A stretch of 64,000 bases of DNA from Azolla caroliniana (GCA_043228905.1 JBHGNT010000013.1:17670001-17734000); one strand, 5' to 3'; positions 46,469 to 59,738 are shown, counted from the stretch's first letter. Translations and numbers: made by a program. Notes: generated by a model not told the origin, from the letters alone.

Positions 46469-46966
46469 CAAACAATCATTCATAGACTATAAATGATTGC
46501 ATTGATGAGCAAAGGTGTTTAGGCTAATGGCGGTAGCATGTTAATAACCTTGGAAAGAATCAATCGGTAAAACACAACAAGTATTTCCTCAGGTTTTAAG
46601 TTCTCGAGAAGTGAGGTGGCCCGAAATTGTATAACCACATTGTATAGCCATTTTGTAAAAACTCTCCCAACTAACGGGAAAGCCACGCAATTTCTAGGAA
46701 AGGAAGAAGAATCAATGGCTCAAACTACCAATACATATGATAACGGAGCTCTTCATACTTTGACTGCAACTATCGCTACACAACCTTGTGATTGCGAAGT
46801 TTTTGCAAAGTCCCACAGGAGCCAAGACCCGCGGGCGTGAAGGCGAGGCAAACCAACGAGTGAGTGTGTGTGTGTGTCTTGAGGGACCGACCCGTGACCC
46901 AATGGGTCGACCACTGGACGTGGACAAAAATTATGCATAATAGTTAAAAATATATATATGTACATA

Positions 46967-47211
46967 CATAGTACATAAAATTCGTGTTCGTCTAGCATAA
47001 CATTCGTTTTCATACGTTTGAAAACCAATGAGAATGTTATACAAACATTCTTGAGTTTTTTTTTCCCCCATTTTTTAAATGTTTTATTATTTTTATTTTT
47101 TTTAGGCTTATTTGCCTCATAATAAATAGTTAATCCAAAAGTATGGTATTTATCGTTCTTTGAGGGTGTTTTTCTTACGCGAATGCGAATGCACGTATGG
47201 GTCATACTATG
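46967..47211. mobile_element. Small hAT-type MITE (CATAGTA TIR), copy B, inverted relative to copy A
   Basis: Ends CATAGTAC...CATACTATG. Its reverse complement aligns with 41622-41842 (CATAGTATGAmCCATACGTGCATT, TAAATAyCATACTTTT, CGTATGAAAA...CGAATGTT). No clear TSD. Confidence 0.7.
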
Positions 47212-47389
47212 TAGTATGTATAATAATACATATGTTAACAAACAGTTAAGAGTGGAAGGCATTTGATTTTTATCTTCTGTGTTTTGGTAAATGTCCGGGG
47301 TGTCCGTGTGAAACCGTCCAAAAGGCGTTGCCTCGTGTGTCCGCCCGGTCGTCCGCCTGAGCTTCTTCTTCTTTCTTCTTCGTCTGGCC

Positions 47390-50300
47390 ATGGCGGCCTG
47401 CTCCTTCTCCTCCTCCTTCTCCTTCATCTTCTTCTTCAGAAGCCTTCCCACTCTGAGATGCCCTAAACCCTACCTCTCCTCCTCTGTCCACTCCCTGAAA
47501 CCTCCGCGCAGACCTTCCTCCTCCACACTACTCCCTGCATTCCCTTCCTCTCCTTCTCCTTCTCCTTCCATCTCCTCCGCTGTCTGTTTCTCATTCTCCA
47601 CCAGTCGTCCACACAGATCATCCTCCATACTCGCTGCCTTCTCTTCTTCTTCTTCTTCTTCTTCTTCTTCTTCTTCTTCGTCTTCAAATTTAGCTTCTTT
47701 GCCCATGGATCAACAGTTCGAAGAGTTCCGTGTGAAGCTCGAAGAGTCTGGCTCCCTGCGCGAGAAGCTCCGTGTTATTGTCGCCGACCTTGATACTGTC
47801 ACTCGACTCATGCAGGCTCAGCTCCTTCTCGTACACCACTCTCGACCTTCTCCAGGTTTAAAAATAAAAATAAAAAAGCTTTCTTTTCTTCCTCATTCCT
47901 CCAAGTGTTTTGTTTTTTTCCCGTTTTTGTAATACGTCTTCTTGTTCATCATCATCATCATCATCATCTGGAAACATGTTTCTGTTTCTCTTTGCTGAAA
48001 CGTGACGAAACACAAGTCTATGAAATACATTCATTCTTCATCTTATTATTTTCTCTTCTCAAAGCATTTTGGCTTCCTTTGATTTTCATCGTTTTTGCTT
48101 TGTTGAAACACTTCGGAAAACATGTTTTTCGATAATCCGTCAAGTTTTGTTCTATTCATGCTTCACGTGCTTTGTATTCTCTTTGAAATTAAAGCATCAC
48201 AGAATGAACTGTTCACAATATGCAGGCCATAAACGATTGGATAATTCAGACAAGGGTATAAGGGCAAGTGCAAAGAAACATAATTTGTGGAATATCATAA
48301 AGGAGAAATTCTATTTGTAAACAATAATAAAATGAAGCTGATTTCGAAGATTATTCAATTTCTGGAAACTCCTGGACTTCAGTTAATAGACCGGTTTCAT
48401 GTACCAAACTTAATGAAACCAACCCTTCCTATAAAAAATATGAGAATCGAAATCATTAACTTTAAAATATGAAAAGAATGCGAAAAAAATATGAAAACAA
48501 AGTTCTTCAGCTTTCATAATTTGAAACAAATACTCATAACTCATAAGACTCTCATAGAGTTGGAAAACCATAAAGTCTGCTAGTTGTCGTTCATAAACCA
48601 CGAGATTAAGCTTGTGATATTGTTTTGCTTCAAATATAGAAAACAAACTGTTAATTAGAATTTAGAAATCAAAGATTATGAAGATTTTATAGTTTCAAAC
48701 TTGATAAACCATAAAAATTTAAGCCAATTCAATTCCTAACCCAACTAAACCAAATTCGTTACCCCCCTACACCAAACCAAAACCCCCAAAAAGCTGTTAT
48801 CCCATTTTGGATCAAACCAAACAGTTTAATCCATTAAGGTAATAAATCAGGGTAACATGGTTCGGATTTGGCTATCACCAAGACCTCGCCTATTGCTAAT
48901 TTTTCAGCATGATCTAATTTGTGTTTATTGGTGAGCATAAATGTGTGGCTATATACATCACAAATTTGTATTTGTAGTTCAGGAATCATGATAGTACATC
49001 CATATGCTCAAGAATAAAGTCAAAAGTTAAAATTGATAATATAGAGAAGTGCTTTATCTTATACAGAGATATTGGCTAAAGTGAAGGCCCATATTGATCA
49101 AGTTCGCACAATCTACAGACAACTTGCAGAAATTCTCAAGTCTGTTCCAGGACAATATTACAGGTAGATGTACTTTGTGTGAAAATCATGAGGTAATTTT
49201 GTTTTTGAGCGTCTTTGAAGTCTAGCTAAAGGGCTTTATTCTTCAGGTACCATGATCATTGGCGTAATCAGACCTATACTGTAGTGTTTTTACTTGCTTT
49301 TATTCATTGGCTTGAGACTGGTGGGCTGCTGTCACATTCAGAGGCTGCATCATTACTTGGGTGTAAGCTTTTATATGCTTTCCAAGTGACTCTAGTCTTT
49401 ATATGCCTTTACAAAGATTCTAGCTTTCTCCTACTTTCTCATTGAATCTTGCCCTAGTATGTTTCAATCGTTCTAGCTTTGATTTGCTATATGATTCTAA
49501 ACTCTATAAACTCTTAGATTCTCTTACTTGGATGTAAGTAAGTAAGAGGATATAAAAGTTTCAGTCTAGCCTTAGTATGTTTCAATCATTCTAGCTTTGA
49601 TATGCTTATATGATTCCAAACTCTACAAACTTTTATATCCTTCTATGATTCTAGCTTTTGGATGCTTCTAATGTCACTGATTCTGATTTTTATATATTTA
49701 CATGCTTGGATGATTCTATATTTCTAACTTTTACATGCTTCTCACTTATTCTAGGTTTTATATGCTCAGATACTGATATGATATAGCTTTTATAGGCATT
49801 TTTCTTGGATTTAAGCTTATATATCCTTCTAGTATTCTAGCTTTTGTCTCAGCGTTATATACTTATATGATTTTAGAGTTTCTAATATTTAACAACCTTT
49901 TATACCCTTCCGTGATTCTAGCTTCTGTGTGCTTCCATTATTCTGGTTTTTACATTCTTCTCAATGATCTTATACCTTTCTATGATTCTAGATTTTGTGT
50001 GTATCTATAATCCTGGGATGTATAAGCTTTTACACCTCTGCATGGATGCACACGTTTACGTAGTTTTATGGTTCTATCATTTACATGTGTCTCACTGATT
50101 CTAGCTTTTATACGCTTATATGATTCTAGAATCATTAATGAGCACTGTTGCCTTTTTAGTCTATGGAACATCATGCCTGTTTCATGGTTGTGATTACACA
50201 GATCCATACATATATTTCTATGTTGTCATCTGCATGAAGATCCCGGTTAGAGTTGGATGTTGTATAATTATCTCTCTACCTTAGTTTAGGACATTTGCTT

Positions 50301-51395
50301 TACAACAGATGACTGTATTAGATAATCTGTGAATTGTTCTTTTCTAAATGATGAAAAACAAAGAATATTTGAAGATTAAAAAAACTGATTCTTTTCTGTG
50401 ACAGTGCAGGATGAAGAATTTGAACTTGATCTTGAAGACTATCTAGTAGGTAAGGGCAAACATTCAGTATTAAATTCTTGGTTTGTGTTTTCCATTTTGA
50501 TGGACTTGGCTCATATACAAATTTGTGTGTATTTTTAGGTCTCTGCAATCTTTCCAATGAATTGGTATAAACATCCTCACCATAGTATCATTATTCAATT
50601 CATATACAACTTTTTTCCTACATCTTTTTACAAATGATTTGTCTAATTTGTAAAGGTAAATATATATATTTTTCCATTGTGCAGCCCCGATATGTTGTAA
50701 ACCAGGTGACTACAGGAGATTATGACTGTGCAAAGAGAGCGTCGGTATTTCTGAGTGATTTATATGCAGCATTCCGCATGTTGAATCTTCGAAATGATCT
50801 GCTTAGGAAGCGATTTGATGGTGGGTCATGTACAAATAAAATATTGGGCAAATGATAAAAATGTTTCTCTAGTTTAACCTTATCCGTGAATTGCCTCTCA
50901 AGGGTACAGGATTCTGAAAATGTCACCTATTATTTTTAGTAATTTAATAAGCTAAATTTGAAAATACCACAATAAGGAAAATCATTTATTGTCGACAATA
51001 AGGAAAATTAGTTTGATAATTTACCAATCCATCTTTAGTTTCAAATTAGCCACTCATCATCTTGGAAATTAACTGTGTGAATATCACTGAAACCTTATTC
51101 TGAATTTTCTTTTTCCTTGAAAGTAATTAACTGTGGCATTTTAACAAATTTGGTAACAAATTTTGTAAACTTAAAGAGGCATGCATTTTGGGATCTATTT
51201 AATGTGGCATTTTTATAATTTGCCCTCAAAATGTATTTTACTAACATCTGATCAAGTTTGTGCAGATGAACTCATCTTTGTTCTTTTCTAATTGTAGGGA
51301 TGAAGTATGACCTAAAGAAGGTAGAGGAAGTTCTATATGATGTGAAGATTAGAGGCCTTCTGGGTGACCCAACGCAAAGTGACAACACTACCTAG
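47390..51395 (+). CDS. TSN: Translin (C3PO subunit) with Ser-rich N-terminal extension
   Basis: Exons 47390-47855, 49067-49163, 49247-49362, 50405-50449, 50539-50564, 50685-50820 and 51298-51395 (984 nt). QFEEFRVKLEESGSLREKLR, GQYYRYHDHWR, HWLETG, EDYLVGLCNLSNELPRYVVNQVTTGDY, AFRMLNLRNDLLRKRFDGMKYDLKKVEEVLYDVKIRGL. A second ATG at 47705 gives 222 aa. Confidence 0.95.
49365..50135. repeat. Degenerate minisatellite (GATTCTAGCTTTTATATGCTT-like, ~27-30 bp) filling translin intron 3
   Basis: Roughly 20 or more recognisable ATTCTAG/AGCTTT cores. Confidence 0.8.
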
Positions 51396-52519
51396 ATATT
51401 GTTGGTCAGTTCTGTGTGAAATCTCGTTTGTACTCATGATAGTGTTCAAAATTTGTGTATATATAGATGAATGTGGTGAGGGAAGGTTTATAATCTGAAA
51501 AAATATGGAATATTTTTTGCATTTTGAAATGATGCAAGACATAGTGATTGGCATTTTGATGAATACTGAATGTGAGAATGATGGAGTTGCAAATTCAGAT
51601 AGAGATAGAGAAAATGACGATTATTATTTAAGGTTTTTACATTTCCTTTTTGTTATATTCATAAAAATGCACTAAGTGGTTTTTGTTATATTCAAGGTTT
51701 TACATTTCTTTTTTTATATTTCATAAAAGTGCACCAAGTGGTTTTGGTCTTGTCTGAAGACCTATGTGATGGTCATTATATATTCTACTTACCTGGTATT
51801 AATGATAAGTGCCTTGATATCTGTGTATCAATAGAGACATCATTGTAAAATAATGTCATGATAAGTCTAAAAAGCAAGGTAATGGTCATAACAGGAACTT
51901 CTAGTTCATGTATACTATATTGAGTCTTAGGTTTGTGCGTACTTCCATTTTGCATGATGGTGCTTGCTTGCGTATGTTTGAATCTTATTACTTTATAACA
52001 CTCATACCTCTTCATTACTTCAGGACTACTACAAGTTTGATTTTAGCCATCCACTTCATTCACACAACTTGACATGCATTACATGTGAAATGTCTATGTC
52101 AGGATGAGAGCTGAGAATGAGATCAATTTGAAGAAGAGAAGAAGATGATGTAAGTAGGAGTAGAATGACATTGTATTATCTAGATGATATGCTTATGTAG
52201 TCTGGTTTGGACACTATAGGATGGTATATCAATATTAGAGCACATGATTCTATAGTATTGTTTGGACACACATGATATCGTCATGTGACGATGGATGATT
52301 GCTTTTTGTAATCACGCATGAATGACAAGTGATGATCATGCATCAACTTGTGTGAGGTTTTTGCAGATCATAAAATTATGAATGTAACATGGGACCTGGG
52401 TTACGTATGAAAAGTTACACTAAATACATGGTATAATATATAATATATAATAATGTTATGCACTCTTCCACAGTCATGTTTTTAAACCTCTATAATGAAG
52501 GCATCTATCTTTCTTAGTA

Positions 52520-54500
52520 AAGAATATTGTTACATGGACGAGATTTAGAATCTTGAATGAATTTACTTAACAAATTCTCATCAATATATTTTCAAAGAAC
52601 CTTGACCTATAAAGGTGCTAGTTAGACTCTACAGTGGAGCTTTCCTCGATTGAAGATCGATTGCACAATCATAACATTGATGTTATGGGAGCATACTAGC
52701 CTTGTCCTTATCAAAGACATCTTTGAATTCTTGATACTTTGTTGGAAATAAAGTATCCAAAATTTGTAGACTGGGGATGATGTTGTTACTACTGCAAGAA
52801 TGAACTTTTTTTCTTTCTATCCCTCTTTGCACAACCTTTGTAGAGAAATTGTTGATATATGATGCCGCACCTAGAGTGGAGTTGGGAACAATGAAGAAAT
52901 AAGATGTGGATTTTTGAGATTCTAGGATAGCTCATTTTTCCTAATCAGTCATTGGATTGTGAATCTCAACCCAAGGTATATAGATTGAGGACATTTTGAT
53001 GATCAAGACTATAGATTACATTGATTGAAAGGACATGAACGGGGTAACCGAGTATTACGTGAACTAACTCAAACACTTAGTTATGTCTTAATTGTAGGCA
53101 ATATGCCGACCATATATGATTATTATAGGTGTTGAACCACACAAAGTTTTCAAGAAGATTTTGCATCAAGGCATATTTTCAGTCCATGAAGCAAGAGTTG
53201 ACTCTTGAATCTAAGAGAGATTAGAAAAGGAATCAATGACATCTTGAGTTTGACATATGTTGGACAAAACAATATTTCGAGAATATAGAGCAAGAATTGG
53301 CTCTTGAATCTAAGAGAAAAGCAACAAGGACTTAGTGACTTAAGAGGCAAAAACCATACTAATGAGGTGGTGAAATGGAACCATTACTTTGGATTGAGTC
53401 TACATATTTTGGGATATCTAAACAAATGGTTCTTATTTTTTATGAACTTACTTGTTTAACACACTATCTAGTTGGTTAAGAGGTTCAAACCTATTTGATG
53501 GTGCAAGGCTATGAGGAAGGCTACATATAATTGGAGAATCAATTTACTAATCGCACTTGCCGTGTCCTATGCCACCAAAGAATACACATCGCCAATTTAC
53601 CCAACATCGTTGCCTTTTAACTTCTGTTAATGGTCCTTGGCGACATGTTTATCAATCTCCTTTGGAGTAGGGCTACATATTTGATTAAGGATAAGGTTTT
53701 GAATAGTTGTAAATAAATAATGGTAACATTGCCATTGACACATACATTTGCTTTGATCTTGGACAAGACCATTGTTGACATCTCGATTAATCGCCTTGGT
53801 AAGTGATTTGGGATCTTCATGAAATATGAGAACTAGATCCTTCACATAATTACAAAGCCCTTGTTGAAATTGATCGATTAATGGCTCTTTGTCCCAAGGG
53901 ATGTTTCTTGCATAAAGGTGAAAATAATTTGCATATGTCGAGGCTGATGGATCTCTCCCTATCATAATTTTCGAAAACTCAACCCTCAAAAGTATTTTAA
54001 CAAATCTTATTGATAGCTTCTTCTATGAGAAAAGGAGTTTACGACCTAAATCTTATTGATCGCGGTTCGCATACTATCCAGACCTCCAAAACAAGCTTGA
54101 AATTCCTTAGTGAACTCATCAAAGTTATCTAACGTAACAGAGCCTTTCTTGAGAATTGGTGAAAACCAAGTTGTTGTTGTAGTAATCGTCGTCATGCCAC
54201 ATAAGTTGAATAACATTTGTAACGCTAGATGTATCAAATACAAGAATCCTCATAATTATGACAAGTATCATCAAACTTCATAGGAGACTTGTCTTGGATT
54301 CTTTTTATGATCTTTGTGCTCCTAAGGTGTTTTGTTATCGAGCGCCACTTCAAGTTGGTGAACTTTGTTAGTTAACTCATGTTATTGAGCTTTCTTAGCA
54401 TTCACTTGTTGCAAATTCACGAGAAGCCTTTGGTTGATGTCATGCTCTTAGGCCATGAACTTGGTTATTAAGCATTTCAGGTGAGTTGGAAGTTGGAACA
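52520..54500 (-). mobile_element. Degenerate Ty3/gypsy gag-protease relic
   Basis: Minus-strand fragments WFSPILKK...LDNFDEFTKEFQACFG and YANYFHLYARNIPWDKEPLIDQFQQGLCNYVKDLV (retrotransposon Gag); ...YQEFKDVFDK near 52720. Confidence 0.7.
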
Positions 54501-54603
54501 TGCATATATTCTTTTCATTTGTTTGTCTTCATTAATATGTTCTTTACTTATAGCAAGTACCGTTCTTTATTCATCTCATGTCTACATACTATTGCACTTA
54601 AAT

Positions 54604-54835
54604 ACCTATGAGATTAATGTTTGTCAGAAGATGATTTTGTATTCTATGATTATATATATATGCATACTATTCATTCTATCTTTATAAATTCACATCATAC
54701 TCTTACTTTCACTCACGATTCACCTATGAGATTAATGTTTGTCATAAGATGATTTTGTATTCTATGATTATATATGCACACTATTCATTCTATCTTTATA
54801 AACTCACATCATACTCTTACTTTCACTCACGACTC
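54604..54835. repeat. Tandem duplication of ~115 bp
   Basis: 54604-54721 and 54722-54835 are near-identical (ACCTATGAGATTAATGTTTGTCA...CTTTCACTCACGA). Confidence 0.9.
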
Positions 54836-54993
54836 TCAATTTTGGCTACATAGTATAACTGAAGTGTTATATGACCATAATGAAATACAAGCATCAACCA
54901 TAATAACGACATTTGACATGCAATTCTATAAAAACACATGTGTATAATCACTTAACTATTACTCATGGTTACAAGAGTGAGGCTTAATGTTAT

Positions 54994-55187
54994 TGTAGAA
55001 AGTAGCGTGCGGAAGCAAGTATGAAAACCGAACAGAAAGGAAAAAAACTCAGGTTTAATGGAGAGCTTGAGCTTACACGGTATACGCAGGAGAGACAGAA
55101 AGAGAGAGAAACACGAAAACCTATATTCAACAATAATACTCGATCTGTACATAAGACGTGCTTCAGTGAACACTTTTATACAAGTCC
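54994..55187 (-). repeat. Remaining R/U5 part of the copia 3' LTR
   Basis: Matches 59739-59948 with about 3 substitutions and one ~16-bp indel region. Confidence 0.9.
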
Positions 55188-58100
55188 CCCATGCGTGGTT
55201 GGCTTCGGGTCTCTCCTTCGGCTACTCCCCTTCTGTCCGCTTCCTGACTTCTCCACGGGTTCGCCCTCGGCTTCTTCAGCCGATCCGAAGTCGAACTCGA
55301 CAACCGACTCGGTGTCGCGGTCTCCGCTCCTTTCCTGCCGCCTTGCTTGGTCGTTCGGGACTGTTCTCCCCCTCAAGTTTGGCACGTCGAGGTGACGCAA
55401 CCCGAGCGCACCTGAGAATTGCCGCAACTTGTCCAGACCAAGAGGCTTTGTGAAGATGTCGGCAGTCTGCCGAACCGTCGGCACGTACTGAAGTTCGACT
55501 TCACCGGAAAGGACACGCTCACGGACGAAGTGGTAGTGCACCTCAATGTGCTTGGTCCGAGCGTGGAAAACGGGGTTCTTCGCGAGCTGGATGCTGCTGA
55601 GGTTGTCGCAGTAGATCGTCGTTGGATCAGACACCTCCTCTTGCATGTCCTTAAGTAGCCGCTTCAACCATATGGCTTTGCATGTCGCGACAGCCGCTCC
55701 TCGGTACTCAGCTTCGGTGCTCGACAGTGCAACTATCGGCTGCTTCTTATTGCTCCACGCGATCGCGGCACTCCTGAGGGAGAACGCGTATCCGGACGTG
55801 GATCGGCGATCGGCGGCGTTGCCAGCCCAATCAACATCGGTGTAGCCGACTAACTGCGTGGCTGCACCGGTCCGATATAGCAGTCCTCGGTCTTTAGTGC
55901 CGTTGACATACCGAAGTATGCGTCGTGCACACTGAAGGTGCTCCTCGGTAGGTCGCGCCATGAACTGAGGGATCACCCCGACTGGATAACTGAGGTCTGG
56001 TCGGGTGAGGGTCAAGTATATGAGGCTTCCGACAATTTGTCGGAACTTCGTCGGGTCGCATACCTTTCCCGTATCGAGACGAAGCTTGACGGTTCTGTCC
56101 AGAGGAGTCGAGACGGACTTACAGTCAGCCATCCCGAGTTTGAAGAGCATACTTAGCACGTAATGACGTTGGCTGATCAATATGCCTTCGGGGATACGAA
56201 TCACTTCGATCCCGAGGAAGTAATGAAGGTCCCCTAGATCCTTCATGTCGAAAGATGCCGCAAGCTGAAGCTTCACGCGGTCGATTTCACCTAGGTCGGC
56301 GCCGGTGATGACCAAGTCATCGACATATAGTAGAATACTAACCGGTCCGAGTCTACCTTTTCGGATGAACAGGGAAGAGTCTGATTTTGACGTGACGAAG
56401 CCCATCCGACGCAGGTGTTGCGTGATCTTCGCGTTCCAGGCACGCGGGGCTTGCTTCAGTCCGTAAAGGGACTTCTTCAGTCGGCATACTGCCGAGGAGT
56501 TCATTCCGGAGTGAAATCCGGGGGGCTGTACCATGTACACCTGTTCCTCAAGGTCACCTTGCAGGAACACATTCTTTACATCCATCTGATGTAAGTGCCA
56601 CCCCTTGGCCGCGGCTACTGCGAGCAAAACACGGACGGTCGTCATTTTCGCGACCGGCGCAAATGTCTCATCGTAGTTGATGACGTGTTTCTGCGTGTAG
56701 CCCTTTGCCACTAGCCGAGCCTTGTACCGGTTGACCGAGCCATCGGTGTTGTACTTGACTTTGTACACCCACCTACACCCGATCGGTTTTACCCCTCTTG
56801 GTGCATCAACCAGGTCCCAGGTCTCGTTCTCCGCTAATGCGTGCATCTCTTTTTCCATCGCGGCATGCCAATTCGCGTCTTTGGCCGCTTCTACATAGCT
56901 CTCCGGCTCACACACTTCCGCTACACAGGTCATGTACGCATAATGATGCGCCATGTACTCGTTGTATCCAAACCGCAAAACAGGATTCTTTTGGCGGGTA
57001 GATCGGCGTAAACTCACGTTAGGCGATGTCGAGGCCTTCTCGGTCGACGCGGTCTTCATCTTTAAAGACCCGTCACCGGTTCCCTCAGAGTCGGACTCGC
57101 GTCAGTCTGACTCGTTCCTTTCCGTGCCGGAATCCGACACCCTCTTCTTCCCTTTCTCTTTGCGCGTAAGCCGTCTCCTCGGCTTCCTGCGCAGGGAATG
57201 CACGACCGAGTCTCCACTACTCGCCGACTCTTCATCGGACTGGTCGTACCGACTCAGTCGTCCAATCGGTCCACTTAACCGGAGTGAAATCGGACTCTCT
57301 TCGCGGGTCTCGATTTCCGGCTCATCCGGAGGCATCTTGGCCTCGCTGATCCCATCGTCAGAGCTCGGATTGGAGTCGAGTTTCGTAGTCGGGGGCAGGT
57401 ACCAGGACGCGGACTCGTCAAACACAACGTCGCGGCTGACACGCGCTTGTTTGTTGCGAGGGTTATAACACTTATAACCCTTCTGCTCGTCCGAGTAACC
57501 GACCAAGATGCATTTCTTGGCGTTTGCGTCCAACTTGCTCCTTTTCTCCTTCGGTATATGCACATACGCAATGCTACCGAACACCCTCAAGTGTCGTAAG
57601 TTCGGCTTCGTTACGAAGTATAGCTCGTGCGCCGACACTTGGTCTCTGATCCGGTTTTGGATGTATACCGCGGTCCTTACCGCCTCGGCCCAATAGAACT
57701 TGGGCAAGCTCTTCTCCTCTAGCATTGCCCGTGCCGCTTCCACAACTGACCGATTCTTTCTCTCGGCCACGCCGTTCAGCTCCGGCGTGTATCTACAACT
57801 GAATTCGCAGCGAATTCCCATTTGTTGTAGGTAACCATTGAATTGACCGGAAAAGTACTCTTTCCCGCCATCCGACCGCAAACACTTGATCTTTCGTCCC
57901 GTTTCCGTTTCCACGAACCCTTTGAGGTCCCGGAAACAGTCGAAGACTTCGTTCTTCCTCTCAATGAGGTAGATCCACGTGTGCCGCGTGTGGTCGTCGA
58001 TGAAGGAGACGAAATATCGGCTCCCGCCAAGACTAACGTTTTGTGCCGGCCCCCATACATCGGAGTTTATAAGGTCGAGCTTGTTCCGGCTCCGGTTTCG

Positions 58101-59654
58101 CTTGTTGGGGAAAGGAAGTCGGTGTTGCTTCCCGAGCTGGCAGGCTCCACAAATTTGTGCCTTTCGAGCACTAAATTTGGGCAATCCGAACACTACCTGT
58201 TTCGATTGCAGATCTTGACGCCGCTGGTGGTTGACGTGGCCTATCCGCTTGTGCCACAAGTCGATGTCCGACTCGGCTTTTTGTCCCTTCACGAACATTG
58301 CGGTGCCGCCGTTAGTGGAGTCGAGGATGAACATCCTCCTGTCTCTGCGCCCTTGCGCAATCACACGGCCTTCTTCCTCAATGAAGCACCCGAGGTGTGT
58401 AAACCGAACCTCCATCCCTTGGTCGACGATCTGTCCGACCGAGACCAAGTTCTTCGTGATTGTCGGGACGTGCAACACGTTCATGAGTTTTCCTTTCTGC
58501 CCGACGGGGCTAAGGGGAACTTCTCCGACATTCGCGATTGGATGCAGAGTGTCGTCTCCAATTGCGACTACTCTAGGTTTTATCGGTTTTTCAAGGTACG
58601 AGAACCACTCCTTATGGCTCGTCATGTGGTTTGACGCGCCGGAGTCTACGTACCATACCTCGTCCGATCTCGGGGTGCTCTGTTTCATTGAGTTTGCTTC
58701 GTGTCTCGTCACGAAGACAGACCCTTCTCCGGCTCTCCCGGAGTCTTCGGCGTAGTGCGATCGCTGCCGATTTCCCTTGTCGGTATGTCCGGAGCCGTTT
58801 CCGGAACCGGTTCTCTCCGAATCGGCACGCTTCTTCCAGCACTCACTTTCCCTGTGGCCTTTCTTGCCACAGTACCAGGACTCCGCGATGGCCTTCCCTT
58901 GCCGGTTCTCATCGCTTCGACTCCCCCTGTTTCCGGAGGGTCCGGAGTTGCTGTCGGCATCACTTCGGTGCCTTCTTCCTTGATCTCGTCGGCCGCCTCC
59001 ATTGCGCGCCGACTCGCCTCGTCCTCCACGTCCACGAGGCCTATCTCCCTCCGTGTACAACATTCTGTTGTTGGTGTGCGTGCTTGTAGACTCACCCGCG
59101 TGGTTCTCCTCTACCAGGAGCATCGACTGTAAGGCGAAAAAGGACGACATATTCTCCCGGGTACACACAGCCGTTTGGAATGCTCCGAACTTCGACACCA
59201 AACTTCTGAGACAGATCTGGACCATCTCGCTCTCCTCGATGTTCACCTCTATGGAGGCGAGGGAGTTGCAGATATCCTTGATCTTCAAGGTATAGTCTGC
59301 CACCGACAAGTCGCGTTGTCGTAGGTTGCTCAATTCCTGTCGGAGCTGAAGCTTCCTGGTTGTGGTGCTCGCGGCGAAAATCTTCTTCAGATTTTCCCAC
59401 GCACCCTTCGACGTCTTTGCATCCCGAACATAGCTCAATAGTTGTTCGCCCACACACGACACGAAGTAGTATAATACCCTGCTCGCCGATTGCTCCCACG
59501 ATGGGAAGTCTCTATGTGTCGATTCGGGTGCCGCGTCATTAGCTCCTTCGACATAACTCTAGTAGCGGTGTTCGAGCAGGTACTGGTGCATCTTGTAGGA
59601 CCAAGACGCGTAGTTGGTTCTATCGAGCTTCTCTGATGGAAGCGAGCTCGCCAT
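55176..59654 (-). pseudogene. Copia gag-pol polyprotein with two in-frame stops
   Basis: ATG 59654 (MASSLPSEKLDRTNYASWSYKM); TAG at ~59560 (probably from TGG); ORF 57102-59462 (WYVDSGASNHM, WHKRIGH, LRSDGGKEY, NGVAERKNR); TGA at 57102; ORF 55176-57059 in the same frame (YKARLVAKG, YVDDLVI, TDVDWAG, ADIFTKPL). Confidence 0.95.
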
Positions 59655-59738
59655 GCCTCTATCCATCGTTCTTCTTGTTCTTCTTCGTCAAGCTGTGTCG
59701 GCTGCAGAGAGGTTCTCAACCCTCGCGCTCTGATACCA

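Noticed and set aside
46753-47451. 232-aa minus-strand ORF opposite the translin 5' end
   Set aside because: Runs through CT-repeat, promoter and AT-rich MITE sequence; low complexity and no domain.
57843-59295. Plus-strand ORFs of 140-260 aa within the copia element
   Set aside because: Antisense shadows of a GC-rich pol frame; no motifs.
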